DNA of 54,711 nucleotides, counting the filler, from Dirinaria sp. TL-2023a (lineage: Eukaryota), in the NCBI GenBank assembly GCA_051941275.1. It is 3 parts of 3 records of this genome, joined end to end, with 100 filler letters (N's around TTAATTAATTAA, not from the genome) between each part and the next. Parts side by side here need not be neighbours in the genome. Positions count along the whole stretch, not along the records: positions 18,279 to 36,449 come from JAVEBF010000396.1; 2 more parts are not named here. One strand, given 5' to 3'. Each line of letters opens with the position of its first letter. Position 1 is the first letter of the stretch. The notes under the pieces were generated by a model. The model was not told the origin of the DNA, did no database searches, and worked only from the letters and a program-made list of their open reading frames with translations. Made by a program: the position numbers and the translations under genes. Positions 23,481 to 36,549 of this stretch are shown one piece after another.

Positions 23481-26400
23481 ATGGCTCTTGACTATGACGC
23501 GCTGCGAGCGCAGGCCATGGGATCCGGCAACGATGAAGCTGTCACAGTCAATACACGCGCCTTGATCGACAAAGTCCTAGCTCGCTACTCTGGTGAATGG
23601 ACGACCCTTCGTGAGCTGCTGCAGAACGCCGCCGATGCTTCAGCCAGAAAAGTCACGATCAGATTGCACACGATACCTTCCGCTACAGTACCGGTCCCAC
23701 AGGCCTCAGACCCGTCCATACGGCTTCGGCATGTCATGCTGCATCATACTTTGAAGTCTTCTATCATAGAGAACGATGGCGCTCTATTCCAGAGCACGGA
23801 TTGGGCACGCCTCAAAAAGATTGCGGAAGGCAATCCTGATGAGACGAAGATCGGAGCCTTTGGTGTCGGGTATGTTTCCCTTTCCATCATCATCTGCTCC
23901 AGAACTTGTGCCCGAATGGTAAAAACGAAGACTGCAAGACATCACGCTAACCTGTTCCAGGTTTTACAGCGTGTTTGCGGAGTGTGAAGAGCCTTTTGTA
24001 TCATCTGGGAAAGAGGCTCTTGCATTTTACTGGAAAGGTGACTCCTTGTTCACGAAGAAGTTGCAACTCGGAGATGCGCAGAGTACCCACACAACTTTTG
24101 TATTGAACATGCGTAATACATCATCAGCCGTACCTTCGCTGCTCTCATTATGCCAATTCCTAGCGAGCAGTCTAACCTTTGTTGGGCTCGAGAACATTGA
24201 GTTGTGGTTGGATGAATGGAAAATCCTACAGTTGAAGAAGGTCGTTGCTCCAAGCTCGTACCTTGATATGCCCAAAGAAATCAATACAAGGACCGAAGAA
24301 GGATACATGCAAATTACTTCTGTAAAAAGAGAAGCGGCGCAGATCCATGCGCAATGGCTGAAAGCTGTTGAATGGAACCGGTCAACATTAAGCGATAAAT
24401 CCACTAGCGAGCAATCCACGAAAGGTACGAATTCAACGCCATCATTTCGGGCCTTTCTCTCGAGGCTCGCACCTGGGTCAACAAATGCAGCCGCTGAAAA
24501 AGCTGCCAAACAAGAGCGTGCTCTGCAAGCAGCAATTTCAGAGGATCTAATGGGCGAGTCTACCGCCACTATCTTTCTACATGTGAACAGGGCCGCAGTT
24601 CGCACCAACATACCCCCAAAATTCAGCTCGGAACTGGAGAGAGCTACAAAAAAACCTCCACCTAAGAACACCGTGGTGTCCCTGCTGACAGCATCCTACG
24701 ACGAACATGTTGCGTCAGCCTCAACTATGCCAGGCCAAGCGTATAGTATGATGGACATTTTCAAGTCTGTGCTTCCGACGAAAGGAAGAATCTTCATCGG
24801 ATTCCCAACGAATCAGACCACGGGCTTGCAAGCTCATGTCTCTACCCCGTCCGTGATCCCGACTGTAGAGCGCGAATCCATCGATCTTAATAACCGATTC
24901 ATACGCACGTGGAACATGGAGCTCTTGCGGGTAGCAGGAATTGTCGCTCGTTTGTCCTGGACTAGTGAGATGAATGAATTACGCAATAAGCTCGCGAGGG
25001 AAGCGAATTCTTCGAATCGCAAAACCATCGAAGAAAACCAGATATCCGCAATTCTTCCAGAAGCACTTTTCTTACATAAGACCTTTACCTGGAACGAATC
25101 TACCCCTGCACGTGACGTTGGGGATTTGATTGAAGACGCCTTCTGGAAATGCAGTGAACATACGTCAATCGATATTCTGTCCAGTCGAGGGGTACTTCCA
25201 TGCTCCAAAGTACGTGTCGCAACTGAGGCTTTTGATTTCGTTGAGGGCATCCCCCAGGTTCCGGAACCATTGCTAAACACGGGCCTTGTCCGGAGGCTAA
25301 GAGAGTACCGAATTATCACAGATATAACTATCTCTGATATTACGTCAGAGCTTGAAAACCGGCCACTTAATGCCGTCCAGGTTCAACGCTTCTTAAGTTG
25401 GGTGGCGCACAAGGCCCGGATCAATGAAATCGACAGCGGAACGGTCAGAGCCTTGCTCAAGGTAGCGGTGCTTAACGATGATCAAGATGGGGAAAGCAAG
25501 ATCGTAGAAATTGGCCAAATGACCAACATTCTCAATCCGTCCAGGATCCCAGCCGAGATGCCTGTTCCGCCAACGACGATGCCATTCAAATTCACAAGAT
25601 CGTTGCCGAAAGCAGACTTGAATGCTTTAGGTTGGGATGATCTTCACATTGTTCCATGGCTTAGATGGCTCATCGATAATGTTGGTGGCAAAAAGGATCT
25701 GTCGCCGGATCAAGACATCACTCGATCGCCTGCGTTCTCAAGCAGAGTCCTACCTGTGCTTTCTAAGCAGTGGGAAGGACTCAGCATATCATCAAAAGCT
25801 ACCGTGACCGAGCTAATGTCTGCCCACACGGTCATTCCTACAAAGTTAGGTATGAAGAAGCCTGCAGACTCGTATTTCTCTTCAGTCAAGCTCTTTGAGG
25901 ACTTGCCCGTCATTGTTGACGTGCACTCGGTCAAGGACAAAATGCTTTCGGCTTTTGGGGTTCGGAAAACAATTGAAATCGGTGTGGTATTTGCTCGGTT
26001 AATGGCTCCTCCATCTTACTCCGAAAAGGAATCACACAGCGCAAAAAATTCAAGGTGGAGTCACGTTGACCTTATCAGGTATTTGACATCAGTCCGTCAA
26101 GATATACCGGCTAGCGACATACAGCGCTTAAGGTCAACGCCCATCTGCCCTGCAGAGTCCAAGGACGGAAAAGTTATCCAGTCAGAGCTTTATTTGGTCT
26201 CCGATTTATTTGAGCCAGATGACGCCTTGCGTCGCTTAGGTCTGCGGATCCTGCAATGGCCAGATGGGTATCGGCCAACCAGTGCAGAGGGCAAGTTTCT
26301 AAACTTCCTTGGATTAAAGTCTGCCCCTACCTACCCGGAGCTCATCGAGATCATGGCCTCCTCAGTTGCTTCGGGCGACTTGACGCTTCGAGATCGAGCC

Positions 26401-28937
26401 TTGGCCTACCTTATCAATCAGTACCACATCAAAGGATATTCTAACTTCGATGTTGCGTCGGTCCAGACGCCCTTTCTCCCAATTGAAGGATCTGAGAAGA
26501 AGCTACAAACACCTCGTGGCTGCTTTATCAACGAACGTAGCGCCATCTTGGGCTTTGATATTCTGCGCAAAGACTTGTACCTGCATCCTACAAAATTCGG
26601 CGTCCAAGCCAATCCTCCAATGTTTGAGTGCGTCGGGCGGCTTCTTCAGAATCCTCCTCAAACCCACCGCAATGCGCGACAGGTTTTCGCATACTTTGCT
26701 AGCCGACTCACTGAGTTGGAAAATAAGCACGTGCAAACGCTTGCAGATGCAGCTATCGTGCCAATCAAGGGCAGGTCGGATATATCAGAAAAGATCACCT
26801 CGTCAGACAGCGTGCGGCACATTGCCCCTAGCCTGTGCTTCCTTGGAGACGGTGACAGGTATGCTGATATCTTCGATTATGCTGATTTCGGAGAAGATGC
26901 AAATGCCTTCTTGTTAAGGTGTGGATCCAAGCATGAGCCGAACACTCAGGAGCTAGCTGCCAAAGTCATTCGTGAACCAGCTCGAGTCTATACAGCGCTG
27001 GAAACGCCAAGGTATCTGGAACTGCTGCGCAACCTCGCTTTCTCTTGGCAAACGCTCAAAAGGAATAAGGATTTAGTGAGAGACATGAGGGCTGCACCTT
27101 TCTTGCTCGGTTATCGAGAACTAGCTTCCAAGAACGCCAAGTCTCATGCCCTCGATGATGATGATGATGATGAAGATCAATCAACGGTGCGGACTGCAGA
27201 ACTCGCCAGTGCCGGCAAAATTACAGTCATCAATGATACGATCACTTATGGCCAGTTTAAAGAGCACCTTCTTGCTGCGCCTATGGAAGAAGTTCTCGAG
27301 GAGTTCTACGTCGGTCTTGGCTCCTCTGAGCTTGCAGACCTCTTGGAGGAAAAGCATAGCATAGGCAGCAAAGTGAACGACCAGACAAGAGCTGAAAAAC
27401 TACACAAGCTTGTCGCTGAGCGGTCACGTTTGTTCCTACATGACGCTCCAAAAGATAACATTAACCACGATGCGAAATGGTTGGAGAAAGCCCTTTCAGT
27501 AATCTGTGTCCAGTCGATATCCCTCCGCAAATCCCTTCGGGGGACAAACCTCAGTCGAAACCAAGCCAAGAGCGCTATTGTCAAGTATGAGAGACCGGCC
27601 GGCTTTGTACTCTATATGACTGTGGCCTACGACTTCTTCGAAGTCGCACAGGGCTTAACAAGTCTACTGCTCAAGCGACCCAAAATTCAACAGACAATGA
27701 TCCTAGAAATGTTGCTCTTAACGGATTTAGTAAAGCTGCGCGCAAAAGGCTACAACGTTGAACGGATCCTGCGTCAAAAAGCCAATGAAGCTCGCATGGT
27801 CGAGGAACAACGTAAGAAACAACTCGAGCAGGAACAGCGGGAGTTGAAAGAGCGCGAAGCGGCCTGGAGGGAAAGCGAGGCTATAGCTGCTCGTGACCGC
27901 GAACAAAACCTCATGCCGGGCAACTTTCCTGACACACCCGATCGTAAGGGCGCTGACCAAGTATCCCGAGCACCAGATGTTGAAGGAGCCACTCCCGAAC
28001 TGGTACCTAAGGGCTTCTTCGCGAATATCGGTCGACGGCTCGGACTTGATGACCGCGCACGCTCTTCCCAAGACAATCTCCCCACTTCCAGCACTGCGCA
28101 GGATCAGAAAGACCTTCCAGTACCACCATATAATGATGATCAACCCCAACGCATTCCTCCAACGCCACAGCCTGAAGCCGTCATGTCACCTATTCAGCTG
28201 CAACAAACTCTTCTCTCGGCAATTATGGCCTCCGCCCCACACGGTTCCAGCAGCGTTACCAGCACCCCTTCAATCACAGACGTCAAAGACACCCATTCTT
28301 ACTGTGATTCGAGAGGCGGAGAAAGTATGACTTTTGTCTCTGAAACCAGCACCAGACCCTCAGTCCGCGTCTTTCTTCCCAAGGATCTGCTAGGATCTCC
28401 TACGAAATTTCCACTGCAAAAGTTCCTCGGTGCTAATGCCAGCGCACTCAATGCTTTCGCATGGGTGGTATTGAATTGTGCCGATGTATATAGGGTAGCC
28501 ATAAATAGCGTCCATATCTTCTACGACGTGAGCGGAGGCACGATCGCTTTCAACCAAGAAAAGGCGCTTTTCTTCAACTATCGCTTTTTTCAGAGTTTGC
28601 ATTTACAGGCAGTCCAGAGGAAAAAGCCGGGAGACGCATTAGTCTATTGGTGTGTAGTTATGGCGCATGAGCTGGCGTAAGTGTCGCCTTCCTCACCAGA
28701 CCTTGAAGCCGTCTGAAGTGCTGACTGTTGGACAGACACAACCTCGTCGAAGATCATTCTGCGAATCACAGTTACTACACCGAGGCGCTGATTGCACAGA
28801 CCTTCACCGACATCGCAAAGAAAATAGCAGAGCCGTCGCGGCCCTTCTCGGGACCGCTAATTTACGTGCCAAATGATCCGGCGCGCAATCGGACAGGACA
28901 GAGCGCACAGGACGGAAGACTTGTAGACGTTGACTAG
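23481..28937 (+). CDS. Large fungal protein: N-terminal GHKL/sacsin-like ATPase, DUF3684-like body, coiled coil and C-terminal HEXXH motif; exons 23481-23869, 23961-28676, 28736-28937
   Basis: Bergerat-fold motifs LRELLQNAADA, ENDG and KIGAFGVG|FYSVF. Splicing intron 28677-28735 gives VMAHELAHNLVEDHSANH. Confidence 0.85.
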
Positions 28938-29749
28938 CCGGGATGGTTTTCGAATTGAGAGGAGATGGGGCGTTGGCATCTCATGGAATCACGATCATAA
29001 AGATCTCAGATGTATGATAGTAACAACACGTTTAAGCGGCATAGCGTATGGATGGGAAATGGTGGTTTTCCAGTGCAGTGCAGCGCAGCGACTAGGTAGA
29101 ACACATAGATCTGTCGAAATAGGAATAGAGCGCACACGAGATCATTATGAGACTGATAACCTTGGTTCAGCATTGGCGGAAGGCGTGTCAATAGAGACGT
29201 GGAACTGAAGATATATACGTATGCCTCTCTGTAAGAACCAAGCTGGGCTTCATCGACAAGCCAGACTAGCGGCCCCAGCACACAGGAACGAGGAAGTACT
29301 GCCAAGACACGATATTAGTCTATCAGAAACCCAAAACCCTAATTCTTGACCGTATAACACTCTGCTGAGTTTCAGCAAATTCTGATCTATCACATTATTT
29401 GATGCGCAATCCGACATTGCCAAAAAAAGAAAAACAATAATAATAATGAGCAGCTAGAAAACCCGACAGCGACGGGTGCTGGCGTTGATATAAAGAAAAA
29501 TTCTCCGCACTTGCAGGATGCAAGGATGCGTTCCTGCCTGCCTTGCATAACAAGTGTTGAATAGCTGGGGTGCAGGGGAGCAAAAAAGGTCGGCCGGACC
29601 TGCATCCCTCTATCTGCACATGCTTTTCTTCCTCCAAACGCAACTAAAGGCTGCAAAAGTACATGACAGGAGTTACTGTAGGAGAGAGGGACTACTGAGG
29701 GACTGAGGGAGGGTTTGAAGTGAAGTGACCAGTCAGAATGCAGACTTTG

Positions 29750-31184
29750 CTTATCGCATGCCAAGACGACTAAGCGAGAATCCGGTCAGCTTCAGCGCCA
29801 AACGGGCGCGCTGAGGCGTCGAATCATCCCACGCTTGCCTTCCTGGCTCCCGTGCGGCCGGCCTTGAGTTTGAAAGTACGAGTACTTATCTTTGGGCTTC
29901 ATGATTCCGAGGTTGTGAGTCTCGCTATCCCGCTGTACCCACTTGATCGTGTTGTAACGAGTCCACAGTAGTGTTAATGATGGGAATCGAACACGGTCAA
30001 AGGCGAGAAAAGCGGGCAGCAACAGCAAAGCATCCGGCTGACCGGATCATCGGGTGTTACCGGGTAGAGGCCAAGTCAGTTGGAACGCAGATTACTCGAA
30101 AGGGCTGCACGAATGGCCTGAATCGGGCCCTTGTAGATGCCTTCAAACACAGAGGAGTAGGTAAGCCCGCCAAGGTATGCCGCTCCCGGGATAGTAGATG
30201 CACGCCATGTCCGTCGCCATTCCCCTTGCTTACCTTAGGGTAGGATGATTAGAGAACTGCAATTCCTACCAGCTACATCTACCATAACTGTTTCCTTACA
30301 TCTAACAGTGCTGCTTGGAGTGTTTTCGATAGGGTACCGGGAGTCCAGGACCGTTGGGCAAAAGCTCCTAGAGGATCTTAGTAGGCTCGTACAGGAGAAA
30401 CGCCTAGTCTTTGACGCTATACCGCATTGAGGACTTCCTTATCTCTGACTGTTTGCGGCAAAGACAACCCCCACAAACAACACGACGACTCATCAAATGA
30501 TCCTGACTCTGCCGGACACTATAGCATCAGAACTAAGGGCAGCGATTTGATCCGTAGCTGGTCCTTCGGTTCACGGCTGCCTTCCAGCCCGGCCAGGTCT
30601 CGAGGACATACCTTACTGTACAAGCTGTGGACGAAGGACAGGGGGGTGGTGGTGCATTTGAGCAAGGCCAATGAGGGTTCATTTCCCTCGAAAAGCCACA
30701 AACCAGATGCAGAGTCTGAAACAACATAGAGAGTAGCTCGCAGGTGATGGGTTGCAGTAGGCAGGCCATCGCCAGTTTACCACATGGCTGCCATACACAT
30801 TCAATCTGCAATCTGATGCCAAGAACTGAGCGAGCTGGGCTACCGTGCGCGGCTGCTGATGTCTGGGCCCAAGATGATTGGATCCAAACCGAACGTGCAT
30901 TAACGAACACCTAACCAGTGAATGATCCGAGCAGGGGGAAGGTCGGCGAGATCCAGCCGGGTCTAGCTAATCTCGAATGGCATCCTTCCGTGCAGGATAG
31001 ATATATCTGGAGGCTAAGGTATCTTAGTCGGTAGAAATAATGTTGATGTATAATCGAATCCACCTAATGACACCGACCTGCCCAAGATAAGGAGACGGGG
31101 CGGGACAGGCCTTTGTTGCCAGGACCCTTCGACCCTGCGATCTGATTTGTGCAACGCGAGTCTGACTGATTCCGGGCTTATAAA
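29750..31184 (+). promoter_or_regulatory. Candidate AreA/NIT2 GATA sites and TATA box upstream of the ammonium transporter
   Basis: CTTATC at 29750, 29885 and 30438; GATAAG at 31086; TATAAA at 31179; CT-rich tract ~31400-31470 before the ATG. Confidence 0.4.
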
Positions 31185-31512
31185 GAGTCCGATTGAGTCG
31201 ATGATTCCAGACCCACCGACTTCTTGGCTCGTTTACAAGGTGGTGTCAAGCTTTTTTTCTCTCCTGCACATATCGAGGTGGTCGCCTACATTACCCTAAG
31301 AGTCTATGGTAAGGTACTTTACCGAGTAGCATCAGGGCTGTACATCAGGGCTGTAGGATCACTTCATATATTCACTGCCTGAACCCCTGACCGCCTGTCT
31401 TTCCTTTTCCCTCTCTCTTTCTCTTTCTCTTTCTTACCCTCACCCTCCCTTCTCTGCCTCACCCTACTTTCATTAATCGCTTCAAACTGCAACTTCACAC
31501 CCAGCTTCCAAT

Positions 31513-33159
31513 ATGCCTGGCGTGCAAGATAACCCGCTCACCCTCGCCGATCTCGCCAACCTCAATTACACCATCTTGGTGCCTTACAATGAATCCATTG
31601 CGACCGGCGGTGACTCACTCAACAACGATCTCAATGTCTACTACACGGTAAGGCCAACTGCTGTACGGTCCGCGCATGGAAACTGATATCCCATTCTCAG
31701 TCCGGCGATATATCCTGGATCTTGACTTCGTCCGCGCTAGTGCTTCTGATGATCCCCGGTGTTGGTTTCTTTTACTCCGGCCTTGCACGCCGCAAATCCG
31801 CTCTCTCACTCATCTGGCTGTCTATGATTTCTGCGTCATTGATTTCCTTCGAATGGTTCTTTTGGGGCTACTCGCTCGCTTTCTCCCACTCGGCAGGCAA
31901 ATACATCGGAAATCTCCAAAACATCGGTTTCCGCAATGTGCTTGCGCACCCTTCCGTCGGCTCGCCTAAAGTTCCCGACGAGCTCTTCGCCATCTACCAA
32001 TGCATGTTCGCCGCCATCACTCCCGCTCTGGCGATTGGTGCTGCGGTCGACAGAGCTCGCATGTTCCCCTGCGTCGTCTTCATGTTTGTCTGGGCGACGA
32101 TCATCTACAACCCGATCGCCTGCTGGACCTGGAACCCGGCAGGCTGGGTCTATCAAATGGGTGGCCTCGACTTCGCAGGAGGCACACCCGTGCACATCTC
32201 CTCCGGTTCCGCGGCCCTCGCTTACTCCCTCATGCTCGGCAAGCGCCGAGGCTACAGCGATGTCAGCGGGCTGCCGTATCGGCCGCACAACGTTACCCAT
32301 ATCGTCATCGGCACCGTCTTCCTCTGGGTTGGCTGGTTCGGCTTCAACGGCGGCTCGGCACTGGGCGCGAACATGCGCGCTGTATCCGCCTGCGTGGTCA
32401 CTCATCTCGCTGCATCTGTGGGCGGATTTACCTGGTGCTTTTTGGATTACCGCCTAGACCGCAAGTGGTCGACTGTAGGCTTCTGCTCTGGCGCGATCGC
32501 TGGTTTGGTTGCCATTACGCCTGCCTCCGGATTTGTGCCTGCCTGGTCATCGATAATCTTCGGCGTTGTCGGTGCGATAGCGTGCAATTTCGCCACGAAG
32601 CTAAAATACCTTCTGCGCGTCGACGACTCGCTTGATATCTTTGCCGTGCATGCTATTGGCGGTATTGCTGGCAACCTTCTGACCGGACTTTTCGCTGCGT
32701 AAGCTACTCCCTAATTTTTTCGAACTCCTCCCTCTTGGAACTTCTAAAGAGACGTAGCCGTTTTCTATACTTTCCTTATCTCAGCAGCAACAGCTAACAT
32801 ATTGTTACAGCGACTACATAGCGCACCTGGATGGCTTCTCCGAAATCGACGGCGGCTGGCTCAACGGCCACTACATCCAGCTCGCGTACCAACTCGCGGA
32901 TTCCGTCTCCGGGTTCGCCTACTCTTTCTTCGGCACCTGCATCATCCTCTTCATCATGAACTTGATCCCGGGCCTGTCGCTGCGCGCCTCCGAGCAAGCC
33001 GAAGTCATCGGCATCGACGATAGCGAGCTGGGCGAGTTCGCATACGACTACGTCGAGCACAGTCGAGAGATCCCGTATACGCCTAGTATCGAGGGGCGAC
33101 CGCGGACCTCCGGCAGTGGCACGCCAGATGAGAAGGTGATGATGAAGCAGGATGTGTAG
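31513..33159 (+). CDS. Amt/Mep ammonium transporter; exons 31513-31647, 31701-32698, 32811-33159
   Basis: Motifs GDISWILTSSALVLLMIPGVGFFYSGLARRKSALS, YQCMFAAIT, DFAGGTPVHISSG, WVGWFGFNGGS, GLVAITPASG, DDSLDIFAVHAIGG, GIDDSELGEFAYDY; twin His retained; two GT-AG introns. Confidence 0.96.
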
Positions 33160-35149
33160 GGCGGAGGGTTTTTACTTCAAAGTGGGGTTGTACGCTCTAC
33201 CTAGAGAATCGAAGTTGTAATATGGCAGGCCAGTCGTGTGAAATTTTTTGGGCTTCCTCCGGTCGTGATGAAAGGAGCAAACGGGCTATGTAGATATTTC
33301 AACAGTTTTATTTTTGGAGCATCCTTTGCCGGATACCTCCTTCCTTTATCAGATACCAATATTGCTTTTAGCTCAACCGAAGCCCTACCTATCTCACTCT
33401 CCTTTTTAATTTTCTTCTATTTTATTAGAAGAATCCCCCAACACAACCTCTATCCCCCACATCAAATTATCCATATTTCACACACATGAAACTTATCAAA
33501 CCCCACACGCTGTCCAAAAAAAACCCCCCTTTCAATACCTTCCACTCTCCTCTCACAACAACCAAATCCCGTCCTCCATCCCTACTCATAAAAAAAAACC
33601 AAAAAAAAAATCCGCCAAATCACACATCCAATTCCTACTTTACATCTCCCATCTCCGATCTATCACAACCTAAACCTTAAATCCCACCTTCGTACCCTGA
33701 ATCTACATTTCGACTCATGTATCCGCTATCTGTTCTTTTCCCCCTTTTGTTGAGCTGATTCAGAGGATGAGGTAGGTATGAGAACGAAGAAACTTTTATT
33801 GGATTTCAAAACCCTGAAATTTTGGCTTCACGAGTTCTTATTATTGGGGATTTGGATATGCTGACTGGGTGAAGGGATTGGCGGGTGGGTTTTATGAAGG
33901 TAGATATAGGAGGAAGACGGGATTACATTGTTGGATGGGAGAGGTGATCTAGGTGGAATGGAAGGTGGAAGGTGGAAGGAACCCTAGATGGTGTTGGGGT
34001 CTTTTGGAACCCTAGAAAATAGAGGGTTTTTGGTATTAATCCCTTCTTGGCATTGATACCGAGTAGGTCTAATCTCTGACTTGAGAAACCTTTTTGCCCA
34101 CATAATCGGACAGTGCTGAGCAGAATACAGCTTGCAGCACATATCGTCTTCATGGTATTAATATGTAGCCTTCGATACAGTTGTGCATTCTGCAGCGATG
34201 ATCATGGATTCGAGGCTCGCTATCAAGCAAAAATTAATGATATGCGGAGAGGCTGATTGGGATTCAAAGAATAGCTTTTGAAGTGCTGTAAGAACACGAA
34301 ATACGATATGTCTATTATATTTTTTTTGTATCATGCTCTGGGCTGAGCTTCGAAGTACTGGCTCCTATAGAGCAGGCTCATACAGAGTAGGTTCCATAGT
34401 ACTGACTCTCATAGCGCTGAGAATTGTCAGCGGAGATTGTCAGCCATGACTGGACATGGGGAATTCATGAATACTTTTTCCGAGTATTGAGGTATGCGCT
34501 GACTGTGGGAACTCAAGCTAATAGCCTAGGTCATAACCGAGCTCCCTTATATGCTTTCGCAACCAAAGTTCTGGGTCAATATTGTGTTCTTGAATTTCAA
34601 TTTAGGCTTTCTTCTTTTGCGGCTCTGGGTGTTGGAAACTTCTCCTTGCACTCAACGCTTGCTGAACTGTAACTTCTGATGTATGGTCATGAGAATGCTG
34701 TTGGAGCAGAAGTTTGACCTCGATTTTATATCCAGTATATTGATTCAGATCTCGCCTTGTCTAGACTCTGCATTGATGTCGCTTTTTCATCTCGGAACAA
34801 GTTCCTAGACTCTACGGCTCGTACTTGATCATGAACGTGTCACTGCAGCATGAATCAAATGCCAACATTACGTCGCCCCCAACCATCAAGGACTTCTTCT
34901 TCACGATTCTTCCATCGATATGGCCTTTCCATTTTACATTGTACTTCGCCAGTCTCTAAGTTCCATTTGTGAACTGCAATACTCCTTCCTCAGTACGGCT
35001 CATCTACGATCAGAACCAAGACACTTGAAGATTGAAGAGCGCTCCTTCCCATCTACGATGCTACTTCAACCACAGTCCGGAAAGTCCATGCTGGCCACAG
35101 ACCAAGCACTACGTAATTTCAATCCTCTTATCTCTCAGCCTGTTGCATA

Positions 35150-35935
35150 ATGGCTTCCAGTCAAGGGAACCAAATCGTACAAAACTCCCAGCAAATGGTT
35201 TCCCGTCAAGGTCGCCCAATCACCCAACTTTCTCCAGAAATCAGGCAATACCTCGAGAACAAGATCCGAGTCGAAGCCAGAGTCTACACGCACAGCCTTT
35301 CAGGAACTGCCGCCGAAACCATTGTCTACCTCTTGTCGTGGACAGGCAAGAAAACCATCGAAAACATCCCCATCAAAGTAACAGTGGGTGGGAAAGGAGC
35401 ATCCCCCAACACCATGAAGGACATCATTCAGGCACGGATCTTGGTGGACGGCGAAGAGGGCTCATACATGCGCATCGCCGCCATGGTCCAAGACGACTAC
35501 GCCGGGACCGATCTGCACATGAACATTACCGACACGCGTCATTTCCTGCGCACGTATTCCGCCGAGGCGATCGCCCTGCTTTACCTCAAAGCGTGGGACG
35601 AGAGGCAAGTCAGAGGCGAGGACAAGGTCAAGCAATTCTCGGATCCAGAGTGGTGGAAACCCAACGACGCAGATAGAGAAAGAATCGCACGGAAGCTGGA
35701 GAAATGCTGGGCCGCGCAAGTACGGTGGCATCCGAACGTTAATATTCCGCAGTAAGCAAAGCTCCGACCGCCTACCCAGCCAAGAGAATCAGCGAAAAAA
35801 AGAAGACTAACTATGTCTTGACGCAGCTTCATGGAAAACCGGGTCTTGTGCCAGGGTTTCGTGCAGTGGGACGACATCCCGGCGAACGTGAGGTTGCATT
35901 TGTCGAGATATCTCAGCTACGCGAGCTTCCCTTGA
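35150..35935 (+). CDS. Hypothetical protein (~236 aa); exons 35150-35751 and 35827-35935
   Basis: A 201-codon ORF with coding-like codon bias ends at a GTAAGC donor. CTAAC branch site and CAG acceptor give in-frame HFMENRVLCQGFVQWDDIP..FP*. Confidence 0.7.
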
Positions 35936-36449
35936 AAAGAGATATGTAGCTGGCTGGCACTAACGGGCGGAGGGACGCAGCAGCGCACAAGGCGGTTTTG
36001 AAAGAAAAGGGAGGTTCACTGAGAGCTGCTCCCTTCCCAGCCACTTCCCAAAGTCTAGATAGAAAAACTTCATACATGCACCTTTCTTTCTCTTTCCCAT
36101 CCCCTTCCCCTTCCCCCTTTCTTTTTTTGTTTCGCAAGAAAACTTCCTTTCCAGTAATTGAAACACATTAGATATATCAACACCATTTTCTTTCGATTCG
36201 ATTGATTCGATCCGATCCCGCACGCTTCAGCGGATAGCAGATAACATGCAGATCCCCCCCCTTTTTCTTTTTTTTTTCCCTTTCAGGGGAAATGAATAGG
36301 GGTATTTGATCTGCTTAGTTCTTGAGAGAGAGAGAGAGTGAGTTTGCTGATGACATTTGAGAGAAAGAAGGGAGAAGAGATCGAGAGTTCAAATATTTAG
36401 ACAACTCGTACACGTGAGTCTGCTTCTTTTTTTTTGGGGGGGGGGGGGG

Positions 36450-36549
36450 NNNNNNNNNNNNNNNNNNNNNNNNNNNNNNNNNNNNNNNNNNNNTTAATTA
36501 ATTAANNNNNNNNNNNNNNNNNNNNNNNNNNNNNNNNNNNNNNNNNNNN
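36450..36549. other. Artificial contig linker / assembly gap
   Basis: 44 N + TTAATTAATTAA + 44 N, preceded by poly-T/poly-G. Confidence 0.97.

Noticed and set aside
31836..32635. Long alternative-frame and antisense ORFs over the Amt gene (similarly over 809-1309, pyrG, TRS120 and the GHKL gene)
   Set aside because: Shadow ORFs expected from high GC3 codon bias; no recognisable protein features.
14799..33159. Apparent nitrogen-scavenging cluster (allantoate permease plus ammonium transporter)
   Set aside because: The genes are on different segments separated by an artificial linker, with unrelated genes between them.
33480..34060. C/A-rich then G/T-rich low-complexity tract downstream of the Amt gene
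   Set aside because: Compositional skew only; no discrete inverted repeat or telomeric repeat found.
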